Below, one piece after another: positions 12,244 to 17,097 of a stretch of 17,097 nt of DNA. The notes under the pieces are model-generated. The model saw nothing but the letters and a program-made list of their open reading frames with translations, made no database searches and was not told the DNA's origin. This DNA comes from a virus. Made by a program: the position numbers and the translations under genes. The DNA is taken from IMG/VR virus record IMGVR_UViG_3300035703_000547, positions 1 through 17,097 of that record; one strand, given 5' to 3'. Positions within the stretch are counted from its first letter, which is position 1. Every line of letters starts with the position of its first letter.

Positions 12244-14138
12244 GCAATGTAGCAATTAACATCGCAGCAGAGTTCACAGGTAAAAAGGCTTTCAAGCAAG
12301 CAGAGACTTCGACAGATAAACTTAGCAAGAATGTCAAAGGTCTTGCTAAGAGTTTGCTTGCTGTTTACAGCGCACAGAAGATTCTCTCTTACGCAAAGGC
12401 ATCTGTTAAGGCTTTTGCAGAAGATGACAAGGCAGCCACAGCATTAGGTACAACTCTTAAAAATCTTGGGCTTGCTTACGGATCAAACATCGGCACAGTC
12501 AACGGCTACATTAACCGCCTTGAGATGCAGACAGGTGTGCTTGATGACGAGCTTCGCCCTGCTATGGATCGATTCCTTCGTGCCACATTATCAGTTACTA
12601 AGTCTCAAGAATTACTCAACCTTGCTCTTGACATTTCAGCAGGTACAGGCAAAAGCCTTACTCAGGTTTCACAAAGTTTACAGAAGGCTTACCTTGGTCA
12701 GACTCAGGCAATTGGTCGCTTAGGTGTAGGACTTACCAAGGCTGAACTTACAAGCTCATCCTTTGAGGAGATTCAGCTACGCTTAACAACACTCTTTGCC
12801 GGTCAAGCAACAGCGGCAGCTGATACCTATGCAGGTTCGCTTGCTAAGTTAACTGTTGCGGGCAACAACGCCAAAGAGACTATTGGTGAAGGTCTAGTCG
12901 ATGCCATTAAGACCGCATCTGGATCTGAAACAATCGATCCGCTTATCAAGGGCATCGATAGAATTGCTAATGCTATTGCTGGTCTTGCGCGTGAAACAGG
13001 CGAGTTTATTGCCATCACTAAATCGATCTTTGACTTTGATCTATTCGCTAAAGACCTAAACGCCTTCAAGGGTATGGGCAACATCTCGATGACTATCTCT
13101 GGTCAAGTCGATAACTCAGCTGCTAAGGCAGCACAAAAGACACAGACTAAAGCAGCAAAGGATTCTGCTAAGGCACAGAAGGAAAGCCTCAAGCTTGCTA
13201 AGGCTAGAGCAGTCTTTGACTTACAAAAGATCCAGATCGAGGCAGCCCTCAAGGGTAAAATCTCAGAGGAAGATAAGATCCGCTTAAAGTTAATGCAAGC
13301 GATCGAGGAAGAAAACCTCACTAATGTTGAGAAGTATCAGAAGGCATTAGAGAAGGCACAGGAAAAGACAAAAGAGTTAACAGATCTTCTAGCCACAGTT
13401 AAGACATTAGAACTCAAAGATCCTTTCGGTGCTTGGTCGGTTGATCCTCTCACTGCATCAATCAACGCTTTGACTGCTTCGATGTTCTCTGTTGGTACAC
13501 AGATTCAGGCTAATGGTCGAGAGTGGTCATCCTTTGCTAACTCTGTAGCGAACACAGTCATTAGACCTAACCTCAGCGAATGGTCATCATCTTTCAGCGC
13601 AGCGGCAGCATCAGCATCAGCAGCAGTCGGTTCGGCTAACGCGGCACTGGCATCAAGTACAGCAGCATCATCAACCGCAGCGGCAGCCGCAGCTAAGGCA
13701 AGTGCAGAAGCGATCGCGGCGGCTAACAAAGCAACAGCGGACGCAATAGCCGCAGCTGAAAAAGCACAAGGCGAAGCGTTATCTAAACTCAAAGCAGATG
13801 CAGCCGCTACAACGGCATCTATTAAAGCAGATCAAGAAAAGGCAGCCGCAGATGCACAAGCAGCCGCGGATGCTCTAGATAAGCAAATAGAGGCAACGCT
13901 GGCGGCTATTCGAGCTAAGGCAGCACAGGAAGCAATCGCTGCTTCATCCGTTACTGGCAATGTTGATACAACAACAATTGCAGGAATCGTTGCTGCTTCT
14001 GGTGGCACTGTATCGAGTGGATCAAATGTTGAGATTACTGTAAACACAGGCATAGGAGATCCTAACGCTATCGCTGAGCAGATCCAGAAAGTCCTAGAAG
14101 ATGCTTACCAACGCGGATCATTGTTGAGGGCAGAATGA
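12240..14138 (+). CDS. Tail tape measure protein
   Basis: The product is 632 aa, long, helical and rich in Ala/Lys/Glu, with an extended Ala-rich low-complexity stretch (about nt 13590-13930). It lies after the chaperone genes and is ATGA-coupled on both sides. Confidence 0.85.
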   Translation: MSNVAINIAAEFTGKKAFKQAETSTDKLSKNVKGLAKSLLAVYSAQKILSYAKASVKAFAEDDKAATALGTTLKNLGLAYGSNIGTVNGYINRLEMQTGVLDDELRPAMDRFLRATLSVTKSQELLNLALDISAGTGKSLTQVSQSLQKAYLGQTQAIGRLGVGLTKAELTSSSFEEIQLRLTTLFAGQATAAADTYAGSLAKLTVAGNNAKETIGEGLVDAIKTASGSETIDPLIKGIDRIANAIAGLARETGEFIAITKSIFDFDLFAKDLNAFKGMGNISMTISGQVDNSAAKAAQKTQTKAAKDSAKAQKESLKLAKARAVFDLQKIQIEAALKGKISEEDKIRLKLMQAIEEENLTNVEKYQKALEKAQEKTKELTDLLATVKTLELKDPFGAWSVDPLTASINALTASMFSVGTQIQANGREWSSFANSVANTVIRPNLSEWSSSFSAAAASASAAVGSANAALASSTAASSTAAAAAAKASAEAIAAANKATADAIAAAEKAQGEALSKLKADAAATTASIKADQEKAAADAQAAADALDKQIEATLAAIRAKAAQEAIAASSVTGNVDTTTIAGIVAASGGTVSSGSNVEITVNTGIGDPNAIAEQIQKVLEDAYQRGSLLRAE

Positions 14139-15376
14139 CTTGGTTACCAGAATGGCGAGTGACAGTAGGAGATGATGTCTATACCACTGTCACCTCTGTT
14201 TCCTTTTCCTCTGGTCGCTTAGACATCGATCGCCAGTGCGCTGCTGGCTATTGTCAAGTCGAGATCATTAACACAGATGGCTCACCCTTTACCATCTCAG
14301 TTACAGAGCCAATTACTTTAGAGCTTAAAGATAGTGCTGGAAACTATGTCACTGTCTATGGTGGGCAGGTATCGGACTTCTCCATAGGTGTACGCAGCCC
14401 AGAAGAATCTGGTTACATCACTTATGGCAAATTGCTCGGAGTGGGCTACTTAGCAAAACTTACTAAGTCTGTTTATAACACAGCACTTCCAGAGGGTTTA
14501 GACGGCGCACAGATCGCAGCTATTGTCGATGGAGTCCTAAGCCTGTCATGGGCTGAGATAGATCCAACAGTCACATGGGCTGCCTATCCAGCAACTACGA
14601 CATGGGCAGATGCAGAGTCTTACATTGGCACAATCGATGAAGGCTTCTATACCATGAACAGCCTTGCAGCATCGGCTACGGCTAAGTCCAACAGCCTGGT
14701 AGATCAGATAGCCAATAGCGCATTAGGTCAGATCCATGAGGAGAAGGATGGTTATGTCTCCTATGACGATGCAGACCATCGCAGCGACTACCTAGCAGCC
14801 AATGGCTTCACTACTATCGATGCAGCTTATGCAACCCCTAGCAGTATCAGGACAATCACACAGATCGCTCGTATCCGTAACAGCCTTGTCTACAAGTACG
14901 GCACAGCATACGGCTCTGAGTACAATACCTCTGATAGCGATTCTATTGCCCTCTACGGCTTGTATCAGAAGTCCTTTGAGTCCAACATCAAGAATCTTGC
15001 AGACATCGCTAATATCGGCTCTAGAGAGCTTAATTTGCGCAAGAGTCCCAGAGGCTCACTAGAGGCGATTACCTTTCGCCTAGATAATCCAGACCTGCCT
15101 AGTGTGGATCTAGATAACCTCATCAACATATTTTTTGGTCAGCCTGTGCTTATCACTAACCTACCTAGCAACCTGCTCGGTGGTCAGTTCGATGGCTTTG
15201 TGGAGAACATAGCACTGAGAGCAACTCCTACCTTTGTAGACATTACGCTCTACATCTCAGCAACAGACTTCTCACTGAGCTTGACTCAATGGAATGAAGT
15301 ATTGCCAGCCTCACTTATCTGGACTGGCGTAAATGGTACACTTACTTGGACAAATGCGACAGGAGCTTTAACCTAA
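14135..15376 (+). CDS. Distal tail protein / minor tail protein
   Basis: It is the first gene after the tape measure. The N-terminus WRVTVGDDVYTTVTSVSFSSGRLDIDRQCAAGYCQVEIINTDGSPF resembles actinophage Dit-type minor tail proteins. Confidence 0.6.
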   Translation: MTWLPEWRVTVGDDVYTTVTSVSFSSGRLDIDRQCAAGYCQVEIINTDGSPFTISVTEPITLELKDSAGNYVTVYGGQVSDFSIGVRSPEESGYITYGKLLGVGYLAKLTKSVYNTALPEGLDGAQIAAIVDGVLSLSWAEIDPTVTWAAYPATTTWADAESYIGTIDEGFYTMNSLAASATAKSNSLVDQIANSALGQIHEEKDGYVSYDDADHRSDYLAANGFTTIDAAYATPSSIRTITQIARIRNSLVYKYGTAYGSEYNTSDSDSIALYGLYQKSFESNIKNLADIANIGSRELNLRKSPRGSLEAITFRLDNPDLPSVDLDNLINIFFGQPVLITNLPSNLLGGQFDGFVENIALRATPTFVDITLYISATDFSLSLTQWNEVLPASLIWTGVNGTLTWTNATGALT

Positions 15377-15813
15377 TGGCAACTACTACGACTAACTTCG
15401 GGTTCGACATCCCACAGAGTTCAGACCTCGTTAAGGATGGCGCAACAGCGATTGCAGAGCTGGGTCAGGACATCGATACCAAGTTCGCAGGTCTTACGGT
15501 CAATGCGCAGACTGGCACAACTTACACAGCAGTCAAGGCAGACGGACTTAACGCTATTGTCACAATGGACAACGCATCGGCTAATACTTTCTACATTCCA
15601 ACAGATGCCACATACGCTTTCCCTACTGGCACTACCCTCATTGTGTACATGAAGGGTGCAGGAGTTACAACCATTACTGCAACAACCCCCGGAACTACCA
15701 CAGTAGTTAGCGCAGGTGCAGTTATTGGCTCACCCGTCCTTGCTCGTTACAAGTCAGCAGCTTGCATCAAGATCGCTGCTAACTCATGGATCGTAGTGGG
15801 TGCTGTTGCCTAA
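15376..15813 (+). CDS. Small minor tail/fibre-like protein (145 aa)
   Basis: It is TAATG-coupled, and AGGAG at 15361-65 supports ATG 15376, preferred to track start 15346. The N-terminus MATTTTNFGFDIPQSSDLVKDGATAIAELGQDIDT resembles the conserved N-terminal motif of actinophage tail fibre/minor tail proteins. The remainder is Thr/Ala/Gly-rich and beta-like. Confidence 0.55.
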   Translation: MATTTTNFGFDIPQSSDLVKDGATAIAELGQDIDTKFAGLTVNAQTGTTYTAVKADGLNAIVTMDNASANTFYIPTDATYAFPTGTTLIVYMKGAGVTTITATTPGTTTVVSAGAVIGSPVLARYKSAACIKIAANSWIVVGAVA

Positions 15814-16391
15814 TGCTTAATTCACTTATTGGGATTATTGCCTCTAGTGGTGGGGCGGCAGGTGGTGGCGGGGCTTCTTACGAGTCCATCGCTTCGCAGA
15901 CTTTAGGATCTAATGCTAGCTCAATCACTTTTAGTAGTATTGCGGCAGATTGGCAACATCTACAATTGCGCTACCTTTTAAGAACAACGGGAACAAGTAC
16001 GGGTTTTGATGAAGTGCGTGTAAGATTAAATGGCTCTACGAGCGCTATTCATTCATCTCATAATTTAAGAGGTGATGGCTCAACAATCCAAGCAAATGAT
16101 TCTACCTCTGCCAGTGTGAGAATTGTGTTGGCAAATGTCGCTCCAAGAAACGGAAACACTAGCAACATTTTTGGCGTAGGCATTTTAGATTTTCACGATT
16201 ATAGAACTGCTGGAAAGAACAGAGTTATGCGTTCTTTTGCGGGTGGAGACTTAAACGGGTCTGGTGCTGTTTTATTGCACAGTGGAGCTGCTTATTCTAC
16301 TACTGCACTCACTAGCATTGAACTTTACCCAGATGCTGACCAATGGCTTGCGGGATCTGTCTTTTCACTATACGGAATCAAGGGAGCGTAA
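15813..16391 (+). CDS. Paralog 1 of the tandem beta-rich tail-fibre/receptor-binding-like family (192 aa, with an extra hydrophobic + Gly-rich N-terminal extension)
   Basis: TAATG-coupled ATG at 15813, preferred to track start 15786. It reads MLNSLIGIIASSGGAAGGGGA, then SYESIASQTLGSNASSITFSSIAADWQHLQL...LRGDGST...ALTSIELYPDADQWLAGSVFSLYGIKGA. Confidence 0.7.
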   Translation: MLNSLIGIIASSGGAAGGGGASYESIASQTLGSNASSITFSSIAADWQHLQLRYLLRTTGTSTGFDEVRVRLNGSTSAIHSSHNLRGDGSTIQANDSTSASVRIVLANVAPRNGNTSNIFGVGILDFHDYRTAGKNRVMRSFAGGDLNGSGAVLLHSGAAYSTTALTSIELYPDADQWLAGSVFSLYGIKGA

Positions 16392-16889
16392 ATGCCAGCA
16401 ACATACGAGCCAATCGCTACCACGACTTTAGGTAGTGCGGCAGCCACGATTTCATTTACTTCAATTACTTCTGCCTATACAGACCTTCGCCTAGTGCTAA
16501 CAGGCACACACGAAACAACAGCAGCAACAGTCAGAATGCAAGTTAATTCGGATACTGGGACAAATTACTCCTACACAGAATTAACAGGCGATGGAGCAAC
16601 AGCTACAAGCGCAAGAGGGTCAACATCTGCTCGCATTAACTGTGGTAATGCTAACTTTAATAACACGCTACCAAGCCTCATAACTGTTGATTGGTTTTCT
16701 TATGCAGGTTCAACCAATAAGACCTGCTTGGTGACTACCAGCCAAGATCGTAATGGCTCAGGTGTTGTTTATCGTACTGTTGGTTTATGGCGTAGCACTT
16801 CTGCTATTACTTCGATCCAGATGTTTCCATCTACAGGCAACTTTGCCACAGGCACAACAGCCACACTCTACGGAATACTAAAGGCATAA
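16392..16889 (+). CDS. Paralog 2 of the tandem beta-rich tail-fibre/receptor-binding-like family (165 aa)
   Basis: The ATG lies directly after the TAA of paralog 1. It reads MPATYEPIATTTLGSAAATISFTSITSAYTDLRLVL...LTGDGAT...AITSIQMFPSTGNFATGTTATLYGILKA. Confidence 0.7.
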   Translation: MPATYEPIATTTLGSAAATISFTSITSAYTDLRLVLTGTHETTAATVRMQVNSDTGTNYSYTELTGDGATATSARGSTSARINCGNANFNNTLPSLITVDWFSYAGSTNKTCLVTTSQDRNGSGVVYRTVGLWRSTSAITSIQMFPSTGNFATGTTATLYGILKA

Positions 16890-16890
16890 G

Positions 16891-17097
16891 ATGGCAAACA
16901 CATACACACTTATCTCAAGCAATGTGCTGAGCAGTTCAGCTGCAAGCGTGACTTTTTCTGCTATTCCTGCGACTTATACTGATCTAGTCGTTCGTGGCAG
17001 TGTAAGAAATGATCTAGGAAGCCGAGCTAGCTCGAGCTACATCAATTTTAATAGCGACTCCGCGCAGAATTATTCCAGCACAAGAGTCCGAGGGGAT
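16891..17097 (+). CDS. 5' portion of paralog 3 (continues at 128-451 through the circular junction)
   Basis: ATG 16891 lies 1 nt after the paralog 2 stop. It reads MANTYTLISSNVLSSSAASVTFSAIPATYTDLVVRGSV... and is in phase with the frame-2 ORF that ends at 451. Confidence 0.75.
   Translation, partial: MANTYTLISSNVLSSSAASVTFSAIPATYTDLVVRGSVRNDLGSRASSSYINFNSDSAQNYSSTRVRGD
16971..17097. repeat. Second copy of the 127-bp terminal duplicate
   Basis: Identical to 1-127. This implies a circular or circularly permuted molecule with 16,970 bp of unique sequence. Confidence 0.97.

Noticed and set aside
13590-13930. GCA/GCG-rich quasi-repetitive DNA in the tape measure gene as a possible tandem-repeat or contingency locus
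   Set aside because: There is no exact unit repeat. It encodes an Ala-rich helical or low-complexity stretch (AAAASASAAVGSANAALASSTAASSTAAAAAAKASAEAIAAANKATADAIAAAEKA...), consistent with ordinary tape-measure composition.
12827-14053. Four minus-strand ORFs (12827-13084, 13103-13321, 13505-13792, 13832-14053) inside the tape measure gene
   Set aside because: All give low-complexity Ala/Ser/Leu translations typical of the antisense of GCN/GAN-periodic sequence. The + strand ORF is a continuous 632-aa tape measure.
722-15652. Alternate-frame + strand ORFs nested in larger genes (722-1090, 2747-2986, 3048-3317, 5873-6223, 7431-7631, 9038-9310, 11018-11209, 11732-12067, 12466-12723, 14802-15062, 15437-15652) and nested minus-strand ORFs (1518-1706, 3245-3517, 3916-4101, 5565-5840, 9839-10054, 10085-10318, 11776-11970, 12064-12255)
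   Set aside because: Each lies wholly inside a gene with recognisable motifs or clear synteny. Each also has a skewed Ser/Leu/Arg/Cys-rich composition typical of off-frame translation.
3627-15813. Extended N-terminal starts proposed by the track (3627, 3823, 4375, 11578, 15346, 15786)
   Set aside because: Each extension overlaps the upstream gene by 27-53 nt and adds non-protein-like residues. Downstream ATGs at 3663, 3856, 4420, 11623, 15376 and 15813 give the 1- to 8-nt coupling overlaps or short spacers used throughout the genome. For 11623 and 15376 there are also good AGGAG sites.
16069-16077. RGD tripeptides in paralog 1 (LRGDG) and paralog 3 (VRGDG)
   Set aside because: RGD is an integrin-binding motif of eukaryotic relevance. 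Here it is part of a conserved x-GDG loop, and paralog 2 has TGDG. The R is therefore incidental.
1-17097. CRISPR array, DGR (template/variable repeat plus reverse transcriptase), integrase/att sites, toxin-antitoxin pair, tRNA genes
   Set aside because: There is no repeat-spacer periodicity. I found no RT, integrase or recombinase motifs in any frame. The three paralogs share no near-identical DNA tract that could serve as a TR/VR pair. The only long exact repeat is the 127-bp terminal overlap.

Overview
The window is essentially one complete, circularly closed genome of about 16.97 kb from a small tailed phage of siphovirus type. Bases 1-127 are repeated exactly at 16971-17097, so the unique length is 16,970 bp and the last ORF continues into the first.

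All credible genes are on the + strand and are packed tightly. Many junctions show translational-coupling overlaps (TAATG, ATGA, GTGA). The minus-strand and alternate-frame ORFs in the track look like shadows of these genes.

Gene order:
- Small early and DNA-metabolism genes (2481-4713): a DUF6378-like protein, a Rad52/Sak-like protein with a C-terminal Cys/His module, a zinc-ribbon protein, a PD-(D/E)xK resolvase-like nuclease, a hidden FmdB-type zinc-ribbon gene, and a basic AT-rich ORF.
- Two perfect tandem DnaA boxes (4718-4739).
- A signal-anchored transglycosylase, an HNH endonuclease, terminase large subunit and portal.
- A fused prohead protease-major capsid protein, followed by a strong terminator hairpin.
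- Neck proteins and a major tail protein.
- A tail chaperone with a canonical -1 slippery site (CCCUUUA) plus a downstream hairpin.
- An HK97 gp10-like gene in an unusual position, then tape measure, a distal tail protein and a small fibre-like protein.
- Three tandem diverged paralogs of an unnamed beta-rich family; the third crosses the circular junction.
- A small Ala-rich protein, an LAS/M15-like endolysin and two micro-ORF membrane proteins (holin candidates).
- An acidic small protein and a calcineurin-type metallophosphoesterase.

I saw no polymerase, primase, helicase, integrase, repressor, small terminase, tRNA or CRISPR. Several protein motifs suggest an actinobacterial host of moderate to low GC, but that is inference.

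The most interesting items are the triplicated putative receptor-binding paralog array, the DnaA-box pair in a replication-gene-less phage, the protease-capsid fusion and the low-GC lysin island.
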